Source: Cirrosporium novae-zelandiae (taxonomy: Eukaryota). Taken from it: DNA of 64,000 bases. The translations under genes were made by a program, and so were the position numbers. The stretch covers positions 310,001-374,000 of the forward strand of contig JAPETS010000006.1 in the NCBI GenBank assembly GCA_026023565.1, given 5' to 3'. This document shows positions 1 to 14,248 of the stretch, in pieces (the first letter of the stretch is position 1; every line of letters starts with the position of its first letter). The notes under the pieces are model-generated. The model searched no databases, was not told the origin of the DNA, and saw nothing but the letters and a program-made list of their open reading frames with translations.

Positions 1-470
1 GACTTTCCATTCAATCCATCCATTCTACTTCCTACTATCGACCGTTAAGCGTCAAATCCTCAAACGCTCAAAGGTTCAAACTTCAAGTTTACAATCGTCT
101 CAACTCAAGGTGCTCAACCCAAGAGAGTGAAGGTCTAACGTTTGTGTGTGTCTGTGTGTCTTGTCTGTATCTGTGTGCGCTTGTGACTTGTGTGCTCGGA
201 TGCATATCGCTACTCGCTACTCGTTGGTCTCTACTCCCGTCCGTAATCCAAGCAAGTAATCCGCTCCCGCCGCTCGGTTCAGGCTGCACCTACGCACCTA
301 AACTACATGCACTTTGCAACTTTCGTCGCGCCGAACCTCCGCGTCTTGACCCAGTCTGTACACGCCCAACGCCTTGACCAGACTTTCTACCATCATTCTT
401 ATCGACTACCTTCTGTCGATTTCAACTCTGCTGGCGCCACAGACCTCGTCGTCGATCGTATTCGTCGTCG

Positions 471-2692
471 ATGGCCATGTATACCGCCCAGCATCATCCG
501 CAAATGACATCCTCGGTCAATGGGATGGGATCCGACATCATCGATGGATCCGGCACTATTAATCCCGCCGCACTCAACTCATCAGGTAGTACCATCCCAT
601 TGCTGTCCTCTGTGAACCCTTTGCGATCGTCTTTTAGGCTATCTAAGCCTTGACTGCCTTAGCAGTTTTTGTCCCGTCCTAACTAAAGTCCTATCGCATC
701 GCGCTTTAGATAGAGTTAATGCTGACAGACATTCCTACCTTTTTAGCTGTCCTCTCAACTTCGTCCGACGCTGTGCCGAATCCGAGTCCACGAGGATTAA
801 AACGAAGTCGATCACCGGATGGATATGGGGAATTTCCAACTGGTATAGAACCCGAGGAGGATGGTGGTAAGCAAACCTACCTGACTCCGTTTGCATCCGC
901 AGCATTCCAAGTTTGCATTTATGAATTTGTTCTAGGATGAAACTAACCATAATTGTTTGCTCTAGATGATCAAAAGCGCAGGAAGCGCGGTAGGCCACCA
1001 AAAGCGAGACCTTCCGCTGCTTTATCCGAGAGTGCAACATCCATAAACCAGCATTCACACCAAATACAAAACCAGCTACAAACGCCGCAATTACACAATC
1101 AGAACCTTCCCCATTCTACTGCCACCCCTACCAAAGCTTCTCCGCCTAAACCTACTCCATCCAAGAGTGTTGTGAAAGCGCTTCCTACGGTCAGAGACCA
1201 CACGACGGACCAACTCGGACCAGAAGGCGATGAATATATCCCGAGAGAATACGATGAGGCGGGAGAAAAAAAGGTCTCGCTAAATGGAGAACCTTTAGGT
1301 GGACGCGTCTTTAGATGTCGCATCTTCCTAGTGCCAAACCGAGGCGACAAGCGATTCATGCTTGCTACAGAATGCGCGCGTGTTCTTGGTTACCGTGATT
1401 CTTATCTGCTTTTCAACAAGAATAGATCACTGTTTAAAATTATTGCGTCGCAGGCAGAAAAGGATGATTTGATTCATCAAGATATTCTACCATATTCGTA
1501 CAGATCACGGCAAATAGCCATTGTCACCGCGAAATCCATGTTTCGTCAATTCGGGGCCAGATTGGTTGAAAATGGCCGACGAGTCCGTGATGATTACTGG
1601 GAAGCAAAAGCTAGGAAACAAGGGTTTACCGAAGAGGATCCAGCTGGCGAAAAACGACCTGGTGCTGCAAAGGCAAGAGAGACAGCTGCCGCTGAAGCGG
1701 CAAATGCTAAGATAGCTGCTTTGAACCAAGGGCGACTTTTCATCGAACCAACGCTTGGAAGTTTGGATGCACAGCAACTCCAGGGTGATGCCAACTTTGC
1801 ACCTCCTTTGCCAATGATCCACCCTCCTCCTACGGATGATCTGAGAATGCGAGATTTCGCAGCTGTTCCACGTTCAAAGTACGAATATACTGGAATTCCA
1901 TATCAAGATCGTTCACAACCTAGCACGGCCACCGAGATTCAAAATCAAGCGCAGCATGCTGCAGATTTCAATAAAAGCCTAAACCAAGATCGATCACATC
2001 GGAATAAGTACGTTGATGACATTTGGAACAAACCCAGAGAGGCACAGATCACATCTCCCCCGCAACACCCAGGAGTGACCGTAGATCCTACTACCACTAC
2101 CGGGCAGTCGGTACATTCACCGCCACTTTCTTCGTCCAGCATGATGGGTACTGCGCAGCAAGTATCGATGTCACAACCGCAACAACCCCAGCAGATGATG
2201 CCTTCTCAGATCTATCCATCTCAAACATACCAACCCTCACCGATTCCCCAATCACCGTTGCGAACTGCTGCTCAGATCCGTCCTGATCAAATGCACCATC
2301 GATCATCAGCTCTGCCCATGTCCTCCATCAGCGCACCTCAAACCTTTAGCTATTCTACCCCTACCCAAATGTGGGGTCAACCTCCTCCGCAGCCCCAACA
2401 GTCACCACTGTCCGCCCAACCCAACCTGCAGCAGTATAATTCCCAGCTCCAGAGTCATTCCCCGCATCCAACACCTTCACCTCATCATCCTCCACCCCAG
2501 ATGCATCACCAATCCAGTAGTGGATCCATGCATGGTAACCAAATGAGCTATCAAATGCCTGGTTTACCTACTGGGGGGTATCAAAATTACAACGCAAGGA
2601 GCATGTACCAAGCTGGACAAAACCAACAGTCTTACATTCCCCAGGTGACAGTCGGTCAACAGGCTGGGATGCAAGGGTGGGCAACGACACCG

Positions 2693-2750
<58 letters not shown>

Positions 2751-2797
2751 GGCAGCAGCAGGCTTCACATGGAGCACAAGGGTGGTCTGGGTACTAG
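471..2797 (+). CDS. NPL6: Chromatin-remodelling complex subunit Rsc7/Swp82 (Npl6 family); 3 exons (471-585, 747-866, 966-2797)
   Basis: Conserved CRC-subunit core (FMLATECARVLGYRDSYLLFNKNRSL...IAIVTAKSMFRQFG...VRDDYWE), AT-hook-like RKRGRPPK, Q/P-rich tail with polyQ; GT-AG introns with branch sites join the 471, 719 and 953 ORFs in frame. Confidence 0.88.
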
Positions 2798-4464
2798 AAG
2801 TTTGAAATTTCTGACTTTGGATTGGACGACGATATGATGGTTGACCTTGGTTTACATATTCCGGGACAGAAAACATGCGCTCCTGAGACGATGTTGAGAT
2901 GGACAAATGGAGAGGAGGACTTGGCACATATAGCGTTGGTTTCATCGTTTTCACCCATGCCTTTTGTTTTCATTTGTACATGCTTAAGGACTGGCTTTAG
3001 CTCAAATTGGAAGGATGACTTTTGTTTTTGGAGTGAGGAATGGGTTTTACGATGGAACGGGCGGCGCACGTCGGGCATTCATATCTGAGGGGCATGAAGG
3101 GATTTTCTTTTCTGATATATACCTTTCGGCTTTTTCTTCTTCTTTTCCTAAAGAGACGGGAGTCAAATTTGGCGGTACAAGCAAACACTTACTGGCTGGG
3201 CTGGCTAGTTAGCAGGCAGGGAGGGAGGGGAAATTTATCGATCGCATCTTTCATCATTTTTTCTCTCATCTGATGGTTTTTTTTTAAATTATCAATTTCA
3301 CTAACACCTCTTCTTATTTTTTTTTATAACCCAGATTATTTATATCTTATTTTAATTATCCGTCGAAACACTAATACCGTTTAATGGGCTTGATTGATTG
3401 ATTGTATATTTTGGTATTATCGAGAGATTTTTTAAAGATTTTTAAGAGATTTTTTAAGATTCGAGAATGATAAATGGCAATTGTGACTTGACACTGGTTG
3501 CGTCCTCTTTTTTCCTTTGATTGGTATATATATATGTGTGTCTGTGCGTGTCTGTGTCCGCCCCCGCGCTATGGATATGGATGGGTATTGTTAGTATATC
3601 TTCTTATCCCACACATCCCCCCACTTTTAACTTTTAACACTTTAACACTTTGACTTTGAACAGATGATGAATGGGATGAGATGAGATATAAGACAGAAGC
3701 TATATATCAGGACCCAGTCCCCACCCCACCCCTCCTCCTCCCTTCTAACCTCTAAGTCAAAAAAAAACACGTGGATACTCTAACAGCGCTTACCTATATA
3801 TATATATCTACAACTTAGATATCTGCGCGCTATAAACATATGAAACAAGGGTTTTTTTTTCAATGGATATAGATAGGGCAGATAGGTAGATAGGGTATTA
3901 AAAGGCCTTGCTTGTGGGTTTCTGATTTTTTTTTTTTTGAGGGGAGAGAGTTGGGTTGGGTTGTTTTCGAGGGAAGAGGGGGTGGTTTGAGTGAAGAATG
4001 AATGAATGAATGATATGAAATGAGATGAGATGGAGTGAGATGGATTGAGTGATGATTTTGGAACTTTGGAAATAGGAATTGAAGATTCGAACTTGGGACT
4101 TTAAACTCGATCTTATGATACATGTCGCGTGTCTCCCTTTTTCACCCGCTGAGTCGCCTCTCGCCCCTCCCCCTCCCCGGCGAACCAAAATAAATCAGCG
4201 ACGGAAACAGAAACAGAAACACGCGACGGTGGTTTCACAATCATAGTAAACTAGCCTGCCTGCCTCTCTGCAGCGAACAGGAAACCCGCAACATAGGTGG
4301 AACTGACTACCAAAGGACTTATTGCCTAACTAATACCGACCGAGTAATTGTCTTTGTACCAGACAAGTCACAGTCACAGCCACAGGAACATTAATATCCC
4401 CCATAAACTTCGTTTTTAAGTATAGAGAGAAGGCTCCAGATCTTGTAATTAGCTCGTATTGTAT

Positions 4465-5709
4465 TTACCTTCTTCCCTTGTCCATACCCTTCATCAAGGC
4501 ACGCAATTGAGATTCAGGGACATGAAGGCCGGTCTTGTCGAAAAAGCGGGAACGGAGTTCAAGCCACTTTCTGGATTCTGATTTGTTGTACATGAGGACG
4601 AGGGTCATGAACTATATATGTCGAGTTGTTAATAGAGAGAATCTCTAATGTTAATGTGTGTGTGTATGCTAGGTAGGGGAAAGAAAGCAGGGTAGGGTAA
4701 ATGGAGGGATCTTACTTGACTTTCTGTCATCCCGGGAGGTAGGGGAATGGCGACGTGACTCGGATGATGATTTGGATGATGGCTCTGATGTGACACACCA
4801 TGGTGGGGACAGTATTTATCCTTTGCCCACTCTACGCTCTTGGGTTTCTTGAGAGCGGACTTGAGAGGTTTTTTTAGCTTTGGTTCTTCTTTCTTCTCTT
4901 CGACCTTAGCCTCCTCTTCTTCCTTAGCCTCCTCTTTTAGCTCCTCCTTCTTGGGTTTCTCCTTCGGTTCTTCTTTCTTAGGTTCCTCCTTGGGCCTAAT
5001 CTCCCCCCAGCGCTCTTTCAAAGCCTTCTGCGGCATCTTCATCTCCCGGGCGATTTCACGCCAAGATTTGTTAACTGCCTTCAGCTCGGTGAGTTCAGCG
5101 TCGAGGTCGGTGCTCCACTCGAGCTTAGCAGGCTCCTTTTTCTCCTCTTTCTTCTCTTCTGCTGGCTTCGTTTCTGTCGCTGGTGCTTCGGCAGACTTGG
5201 CAGGTTCGGATTCTGTGGCAGGAGTAGGGGTTGGAGCTGCTGGAGCTGTGGCGGCAGGTGCAGGTGCAGGTACCTGGACGTAGATGACTCGAGGAGGCTG
5301 ATGAATCAGTAAGCAATATACTATCAATGCCTTTCAAATATTACATGCATAGGTCTAAAGAAAAGTTGTCTATAATTCCCAAAAGGAAGCTGCTGATGGT
5401 TATAGGAAGTTCCGTCTTTTAACGTAAGATAGAGTTATAGTTATCTGTATAATAATGATTACCATAGTATAGGCCTTTCCAGAAAGCAGAGCGGACGGGA
5501 AACATTGAAACGTAGATAAACCACAAATGGTAGAATTTCCAAATAAAACACTCCCTTAATAAAAGAAAACCTTATAGCCTCATAAAAACACTTACAGGAG
5601 GAGGAGGTGGGCGAGGTTTTGGCTGGCGGATCGTACGGCCAGTCCCAGCAAGAGCTTCGAAGATGCTCAAACGTATGTCCCTGTTACCACATCGGACTCT
5701 GACAGACAT
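4465..5709 (-). CDS. Uncharacterised Myb/SANT-like helix-turn-helix protein; 3 exons (5709-5596, 5297-4716, ~4612-4465)
   Basis: WSTDLDAELTELKAVNKSWREIAREM...ALKERWGEI is Myb-like; the last exon encodes KWLELRSRFFDKTG, a motif common in fungal Myb-like hypotheticals; phase-0 GT-AG introns. Confidence 0.6.
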
Positions 5710-6546
5710 CTTGATAAGTCACCCAAGTTCAGTGGCCGAAAAAAGTTCCTTGGGCGAAATAGATATTCTTTATTTGACCTAAAAAAGAATACTTAGAGTA
5801 GAGAAGTAAAAGAGATAGGACGAATAAATCAAAAGTGAATGTAAAGTTGTATCGAAAAAAAACCGCTTGGGGTCAACAGGTAGGCCCAAAAGCGTTAGCG
5901 TCATTCTAGCCAACCACCATAAAATTGATACTAAATGAATCCTTAGGACTGCAGTACATCCTTATTCAAAATGGCATCCATCACAGCAATGTCCTACCCA
6001 CGGGTCCGTCCTTATCATGTTGACGAATGGTGGTAAGTTAATATAATGTTCTCATACAATATCTTAGCTAATACATCTCTTAGTGGTTCTAGAAGGCAAG
6101 GAATATGCGATGAGAAGGACGTGATAGAACCGTAAGTTGTTAAAGTCGGATGAAGTCGAGAAATCGAGAAGTCGAAGAGTTGTTTATAGACTTAGATTTA
6201 TTTGCTTGAGTCCTTGATATAAACGCCTATCTTAGCGTTCCTTAGCGTCCGTGCTAGTAATTACGCTTATTTGTGTTCAGCGTTGATCTACTGGTGGCAC
6301 GTGCATTCTTGGCTAACTTTAGACGAAATCTGGCAGTAATGACCCTGCGAGGCCTCAAATACCTCGCCCGGATCCGACAAAGCCAATCGATAAATCTCTA
6401 AAACACCATCACTGTCGCAAGTGCAAGATACATAACTTCTGGTACGAGGCAAGATTTATCGAAGAAGGGAGATTCTACTGGCTTGAATCCTCCCCTTTCC
6501 ATCTTTGCATCCACTATCTACCAGCCAACGCCTTCCTACCGAAAAT

Positions 6547-7418
6547 ATGTCCGGTCAAGTTCTTAGGAACCTCTTGCTCCAAGCGTCGAGCTTGCTTCTA
6601 CTACTACAACTGCTCTCACTCATCGGGGTATCTCAAGCACACAATATCCAACTCGGCGCGCACGCTCGGGAATGCTTTCACGAGTCTCTTCACAGGGACG
6701 ACCGCATGACTGTGACCTTTCAGGTTGGAGATAGGGAGTTTGGTGGGAGCGGCAATCTGGATATCGATTTTTGGGTATGTTCTTAAGCTATAACTTAGGT
6801 TTTCCTTGGCTGCTCAATCCCATTGAATTTGCAATGGTGGTCATGTTTTTTGGGCATCATCCAAACTAATATTTTCCTGATAGATTCAAGATCCTGTAGG
6901 CAATAGGATCACAAACGAACGAACTGTTTCATCTGGCGATCACTCCTTTATAGCAAACAATGATGGCAAATACGTATACTGCTTTAGCAACGAGCACTGG
7001 TCAGCTACAAGCAAAGAAGTTTCTTTCAATGTTCATGGCATCGTCTACGTTCCCGAATCCGAAGCACCCTCAGACCCCCTCGAATCAGAAGGTAAGAATC
7101 TCCATCGAGCTAAAGTCCTAAAGTTTCCAACTAATCAAATCCATAGTCCGCAAACTCTCCGAACTACTTTCCCAAGTTAAAGATGAGCAATCCTACATCA
7201 TAGTCCGCGAGCGTGTCCACAGAAATACCGCAGAAAGTACCAACTCTCGTGTTAAATGGTGGAGTCTCTTCCAACTGGGTGTCCTAGTCGGCGAAGGCGT
7301 CTTTCAAGTTTGGTGGTTGAAGCGTTTCTTTGAGGTAAGAAGAGATCTACCGTCCCCCACAACCTTCAATCCTTGCGAGATACTGACTCCCAACTCGCAG
7401 GTCAAACGAGTAGTATGA
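6547..7418 (+). CDS. EMP24: p24/GOLD-domain ER-Golgi cargo receptor Emp24; 4 exons
   Basis: Signal peptide, HNIQLGAHARECFHE, GKYVYCFSNEHWS, RERVHRNTAESTNSRVKWWS, TM helix, C-terminal LKRFFEVKRVV. Confidence 0.93.
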
Positions 7419-8045
7419 TGGAATGAATGTGCACAAATAATGCCTCCCCCCCCCAATCCCCAAATCCCCCGAATTTCACATGTCCTTTTACTTTTCTATC
7501 GAGCGTTTTCTTCTTTCAAATGGCAGCAAAAAAAATTTTGCAGAAGCCAACAGGGTTCTTCTAATGGATGGCTCTTGTCTTTCTTACGAATTGTACACAA
7601 ATAGCCTATAGAAGCATCCATAGACCTTAGGTCTATGACTGTGGGAAAGCTCGATACACAGTATTCCGTGGATAGCAACAAATGCTAAGAAAATTGATCG
7701 ATCAGATCCTAGAAATCTCACTTGGGTCTCACCTCACTTTATCTCACTTCGTTTTACTCGTATCCATATTATGTATGCCCTTGAGTGTAATTACTGTAGG
7801 GTACTCATTTATATGAGATGGGTTAGAATTATAGATAGGAATGGGATGTAGTGTGGGATGGTAAAGTATTCATTAACTAATACTTATAATCCATCTATAC
7901 TCTAAGAATACACAAAATCAAAACCTAAATCTTCTTTCCAACCCATCTCGTGTTTTTTCATTGCATTCTGATTGAGATTGCTCCCAAACGTGTGTGTTCA
8001 TTGCATCATTTTCACATTTCCTTCTCTTCTCTTCTCAAATACCCA

Positions 8046-8185
8046 CCGTGTAGACATTGATGCTACATCCCATTTCCTTCATAGAGAAACAGGCATCTAT
8101 TTCAAGGAATTCGGATCGCTCTGTCACTCATTCTTTCAAGCCCGGCTTTGCGGGTACAATTTGAGGTGGTCCCATTTCCGGGCTC
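8046..8185 (-). ncRNA. Candidate box H/ACA snoRNA
   Basis: Minus strand reads hairpin (AGCCCGG/CCGGGCT), H box AAAGAA (8136-8131), long hairpin (GACA/TGTC, ATCC/GGAT, TTCCTT/AAGGAA, ATAGA/TCTAT), then ACA (8051-8049) plus 3 nt; both internal loops begin 15 nt upstream of their box. Folded by eye only. Confidence 0.45.
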
Positions 8186-8529
8186 TAGTTAGGAGAAATA
8201 CTTGGAATGACATCATAGGTAGAATGTTGATATCGTGATCATCTGTCATTCTCATGAGGCCGAGGCACCTATCCTTTGCCTGACTGCACTAGGGCATGTA
8301 TCACTGCATTGATTTGTTGTTTTCCCATCCGTGAAACTTATTGCTTCCCTGAGGGACCTTTACAAAAATATCGGAGACGAATAGATAGGACACAAAGACT
8401 TCTGTTGGTAGGGATTGTAGCTCAAACGTCCACCAGAACGTAGCTAATCCCTTCCATAAAGCTCGACAAGACTCTAGTTTGTCTAGCTGCTGAAGGAAAA
8501 GTAAGATTCAAGCGAAACTGGCCGGGATC

Positions 8530-10692
8530 TCAACGTGGGTCGCCGAATAGCTCATGCAACTCCTCCTCACCTCGCGTACTCACGTACGCTCGTTTCACAA
8601 ACTCGAGCCATACCTTGTTGTGAACCTTTCCACCGTGAATCCTGTTGAACTTCTTCTTCTGAATTGGTTGATCGGGAATGACTATCTTATCATTGACCTC
8701 TCGGGGGATTGTTTTATGGTGCTCGGCTTTACGATCACCTACTTTGTGGCGCTCATCGCCTATGGCTTCTTCATACGAAGTGTCATCCATCTCGAAATCA
8801 TTTAGGGTATCAACTGAAATGTCATCGCTATCAAGAGGATTATCCTTCAATCGATCACCCTTGTCTGGTTTCTTCTTTCCAATGCGCCTAGCTAGATCGA
8901 TGTACGACCTCACTGTAAGGTCATGCATTTTGTAGGTGCTATCGTTGGATGTGTTATACTCGACTTCGTATGAGAATTTTCTAGACGGTTTTGATTTGTG
9001 AGACTTGGATGAAGATGTTAGGCCTTGAATATAAGTGAGATTCGCGAAATATTGGGTATAAGATAGCCATGTAAACACTTGTGGGGAGTATGCAGGACCT
9101 GGGGGTGAGCCTTTTGAAGGGGGAGAGGGGACGGTGAATGTCGGCTTTTTTGGTTTCTTCGATACTTGATCTTCGTCCTTAGAGGGGCCCCTCTCTTCTT
9201 CTGGGATAGTAATATTTGTTGCCCCAGGGATTTCCAGCTCCGAAGCAACCAGGTGTCCGTCTTGTTCTTCATTATCAAAGACTGAAAAAGCCGGAGTAGA
9301 GGATAACCCTTCCAGCCCAGTAATGTTGTATTCGATCACTCGAAGTGTAGGATAATAATTAGGAACCACACTCGGGCTCACCAACCCTACAGAATATCGC
9401 TCTCCCCATTTTCCGCCAATTTTTTTGAAAAACTTCTTTTTTTTATCCTTCTTGCCCTTCTTGTCTTTCTTAGTATTCTGAAAAAATTCTTCAATGAAGC
9501 CCTGATATGACTTTCCAGAGGGCGGATCTGGCAGCTTTTCCCACAGAGATCGAAGCTCGCTCAAGTAATCAACGCTAGAGGCAATAGATATCTCATCTCC
9601 AAGCTCTACACCAAGTTCAGCTCGAGCACTGATTTCCGAAACCTCTGTAGACTTAGGAATATTGATTTTGTCAAAGTCTTGAAGCATGAAATGGTCAAGG
9701 TTCATATGACCATAGAGTGAACCAACGATAACATCACGGTATTGCTTTAACCACAAAATGTACATCTGCCAGCATGTTTCATCCCAGCCTTGTTTACTGT
9801 CGGTCCTTGCTGGTGGAACATGTCCCATGAGAATAGCTTTCATGCCTCTTTCCCTCAGGAATTGAAGTTGGATTCGCAACCATTCCATGTGTTCGTGACC
9901 GGGCTCGGACTTCTTCATGCAGCCATCTACCGCACTGTTGGAATCAAAGAAGTACATTGTATTCAGACTGAAGACCGCTAGTTTGTTGGGGATAACCTCG
10001 ACGTAAAACCAGCCTCCTCTCTGAAAAGCGTGCCGTTGTTCTTCTGGGATAAATTTCTCCCATACATATGAATATTCAGTAGTCCATTCATTAGGGCCTT
10101 CGGTGAAGATGTTATGAGGCAGAACATCGTTGTTTCCAATAGTAGGTATTATAGGAATTATAAAGTCATTAGTAGGATCGGTATCATTAATATTTTCGTC
10201 TTTCCCAAAAACCTCGACAAACTTATCCACCAGGGCTTGGTTTAGTTGAACGACTTCTTTTTTCGTCCGAGGAATTTTTTCATCTTTATCATGACGGGCA
10301 GAGTCACCGGTCCAGATGACAAAATCAATCGAGTCCTTGAGATTTTTGTCTATCCAATCGAATGTTGCATCGACCAAAGAGAATGGAGTATCGCAGTTGG
10401 TAATCTCAGCGCCATAATACCCAGCTGGTCCTTTACCTCGATGGCATGCATCATCTGGGGAGGTGTTGGGCTTGTAATATTTATCGGGATGTATATCTGC
10501 GCAATCAGTATGAATTTATTTTGAGCTTGGGATTTTTTTTATACCGGTTATATGCAAGAATCTTCCATGTAAAGGTCTTTTCTCAGCTTTGTGTTTATTT
10601 TCTGGCGATAGCTGTAATGGAATTTGTCTAGTGGGGGCGGCATCGAGGAGGGTTGGAAGGAGGTAGAGGAATGACAAGAAGAGGGTGTACAT
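8530..10692 (-). CDS. PPN1: Vacuolar endopolyphosphatase Ppn1 (calcineurin-like metallophosphoesterase); 2 exons
   Basis: N-terminal hydrophobic anchor, LHGRFLHITD-IHPD across the intron, WTGDSARHD, GNND, GHVPP, YGHMNLDHF, SPSVVPNYYPTLRVIEYN. Confidence 0.93.
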
Positions 10693-11748
10693 GACAACTA
10701 TTAGAGGTCTAGAATTAATAAGTAGTCTATTATTGTGATGGTATTCTAGATGATAATAACTGGAAATAGAAAAGAAATAGGAAGCGATAGAAAGAAAAGT
10801 ACAACATACATTCTTGTAGTTTTTATTTTTATTGTTATTTTTATTTTATTTTTATTCCAAGCTGAAAGGGTTGCGTCACTGGCAGGGATGGAGTGTTGGT
10901 GTGGTTGTTGGGGGTTGGAAGGTGAGGGCCTGGCCTGCAAGGTACACACTGACTGATGATGGTGGCCCGGCTTCTTGGTAAGTTGGTTGGTACAGTACAG
11001 TACAAGTACCTAGATACCTATTGAAACCACCACAAATATCCCTCTCAATATCCGGTATTATATACCTGGGCTATATTTCTTTATATTCAAAAAGTGCAAC
11101 AGAAAAGTAGATGGTAGTCGATGGATAACATTTTCCTTGTCTTCATTTGTAGGAGCAGCAAAGCTGTTTTTTATTAAATACGCTATTAACATTCAAAGGT
11201 TCAAAGGTTCTATTAACTTTGCCCGAAGTAACGCGTGCCATATGTCACATTGCTAGAGTTTGGGTCAAAATTCACCAATCTGAGGTAGAGGATGCCTACA
11301 CGTGGATTTTCCTATGGCCTGTACCTACTGACTGGCACCCAATATTCATCATGCCCCCTTGACATCTAGACTCTTGCTTATATGCCTGTGTCCCCCCCAC
11401 GAGTTCCTAGTAAGACATTCTTGAATAGAGGGTGGATGGGCACACATAATCATGATTTTCCATATTTACAACAACAATAACAGGTGAGATTGTTGAAAGG
11501 AGCCTGAAAAGTTACTATACTTTGTAACAAGATACTGACTAAGGGAGGTCTGATGATGATAGTTTCCATCTTCAACCAAACAATGCAAACAACCCCGATC
11601 CGAACCTCCATCCGAGCCGCCGACTAAGTTTATTGAAGTTTTGAACATGTCGAAGCTCCTCGAGTTATCCCACTTAAAAATCTTCAAATCTTCTCTCGAT
11701 TTATTTCCTATAACTTAATTGCTCGTAACTCACCGAGTTTCTAATATC

Positions 11749-13293
11749 ATGGCTGAAATCCCCCCCGCAGAACCAGAAGTTGCCCCGAAACCTCCTCCTA
11801 AGCCAACGAAACCACCCAATCCAGTCTTCCGCATGCTTGGTAACTCCTCTGCTTTTAATATCTGATCTATCTCATATATCTAACATCTTTTAGGTCTTCC
11901 TAACTTCCGTCTAAAGCTCCCATCCCGAAATTGGCTTATCTTCCTCTCCATAACTGGTGGATTTACTTCCACATTAATATACGATCGACGGCAGAAAAAA
12001 CTCGCACAGCAAAAATGGTGCAGGGTAGTAGAGCACATTGCCCACGAAACCATGCCTACAAACCAGCTTCCTAGGAAGATTACGGTGTTTTTGGCGGCGC
12101 CGCCGGGAGACACGTTGAGGCCTGCGCGGGAATACTTTAGGGAATTTGTAAGGCCGGTGTTGGTCGCGGGGGCTATGGACTGGGAGGTTATTGAGGGGAG
12201 GAGGGAGGGTGATGTAAGAGCGAAGTTAGCAGAGCGGATAAGGGATCGGAGACGGAGAAGTGGGGAAGCACCCTTGTTGGAAGATGAAAGTGACGACATG
12301 GTTAGAGCTCTTCAAACACGAGCGGGAACAGTTGAGTTTCCTGGCATGGCGGGAGATTTAGTCATTGGACGACATGCGTGGAAGGAATATATTCGTGGAT
12401 TACATGAGGGATGGTTAGGACCACTAGATCCACCACCAGAACACCCCGAAGCGCAACTTTTATCTTCATCGACTCCGGAACTCCTCACAGATTCACAAAC
12501 CCAAATTCAAACACCACCCCCGAGCACCGAAACCACAACACCTAATGACAAAATGTCGCTAACGCCCCCCACCGACACCACTTCCATCCCAGAGGATAAA
12601 AAGGAGGGCGACAAACAAAACGAGCCCCCCAAACCAAAATGGCCACCACCCCCCTATATACTCGCCACCTCCTATTCCTTCTCGCAACTCCCCCCTTCCA
12701 TCCCCCCCAATGACTTCGACCCCTCCCTCCCTCTCCCATTCCCTCATCTCCTCGGTTTCCTCAACACCCCGGTCCGCATCTACCGTTTCCTCAACAAGCG
12801 CCGCCTAGCCGACTCCACCGGCCGCGAAGTCGCATCCATCGTCCTCGCCGCCTCAAGTAGACCATACCGGATACTCGACCCCAGTGAGATTCCACCATCA
12901 ACTCCCACCCCCTCAACCTCTGACACCGAAGCCGATGCCGACAACCCCACCACCACTACCACCACCCCAGCCCAGCCCTACGAGCAATCCCACGTCCTGC
13001 ACACCGAAGAGCCCTCCTGGCACAAATCCATATACAAGCCCCTCCCAGAAACAGACGCTCACCGCGAGCGCGTGTGGCTGAATCCTGTGATCTTGGATCC
13101 TCGCATTGCAGACCGAATGCGGCGGTTCGAGTTCCCCTCGGAAGAGAAAGAACGCGTGGAGCAGATTGAGAAGGAGGGACGTGAGCGCGGTACCGGTGCT
13201 TGGGATGGACTTTCGATGAGCTTGGGATTGAAGAGGGAGAAGGAGGTGCATGGGTGGGAGACTGTGGGGGATGTTAGTGAGGAGGATATTTGA
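11749..13293 (+). CDS. TIM54: Mitochondrial inner membrane translocase (TIM22 complex) subunit Tim54; 2 exons
   Basis: NPVFRMLG-LPNFRLKLPSRNWLIF, YDRRQKK, APPGD.LR.AREYF.EFV.PVL, IGRHAWKEYIRGLHEGWLGPL, HLLGFLNTPVRIYRFL. Confidence 0.92.
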
Positions 13294-14248
13294 TGTGGTA
13301 AGGGGGGAGAAGTTTTCTGGATTGGGTGCCTGTGCTACTGGAAAGAAAGGAAAAAAGAGACGGATCGATCAAGATATTCTCGATAGACTACTTGGGCTTC
13401 TTAAAAAAACTAAAAGAGGAGTTTTTTCTCTCTCTCAAGGAACGACAGAAAATGAGGCAAGCAAGAGGAGTATGTTGGTATGTGTGTATGCAAAGTATAA
13501 GATAAGTATATTTCTTAAATGCCAGATGTATAAATAAATAAAAAATATAAACGTCATAAACGTCATAAACTTTTTATATCAACATGAGTTTGATTTGAGC
13601 TTTGAAGTAAAGTGACAAAATAAAATCCAATAAAATAAACCTACTTCCAAAATTTTAAATATATAGTCTATACAACAGCATCTATTGATATACTTATAAT
13701 AATACCATTTCGTATACCCACTCTTTATTTTGATTTCGATTTCAATTGTTTTTTATCTATTAACCCTTTCCATCCATCCATCCATCCATCCACCTTTTTA
13801 GAAGAAGAGAAAAAAAAAAAAAAAGGAACCATAATGATGATAATGACAGCCACTCCATATTCTTGTCTTTTCGTTTCTTGTGTATTTTTTGTATCCTTGC
13901 GTTATCTCTGTAGGCAGGTAGATAGGTAAGGTAGGTAGGTAAGTACAGATGGCTAGATAAATAGGGATTAGGCATTGGGATCGAGATCAGGATCAGGATC
14001 ATGGGTTTTGTTGGGCTTCATCATGCACGTACGCACGCACGGTTGCTGAACCGTGAACAGAGGAGAACAGAATAGTGAATGGTAAAAAAAAAATGAACAG
14101 GAAAATTACATCCATCCATCCCTATACCCCAACCGTCCATTCGTTTCATCCATCCATTCATCCAGCCGCCTACCCATCGAGCTATATGTGATTCATTTGT
14201 CACATCTTATTTCATCTCATCTCGTCCTTCCTTTTCATCCACGCATCT

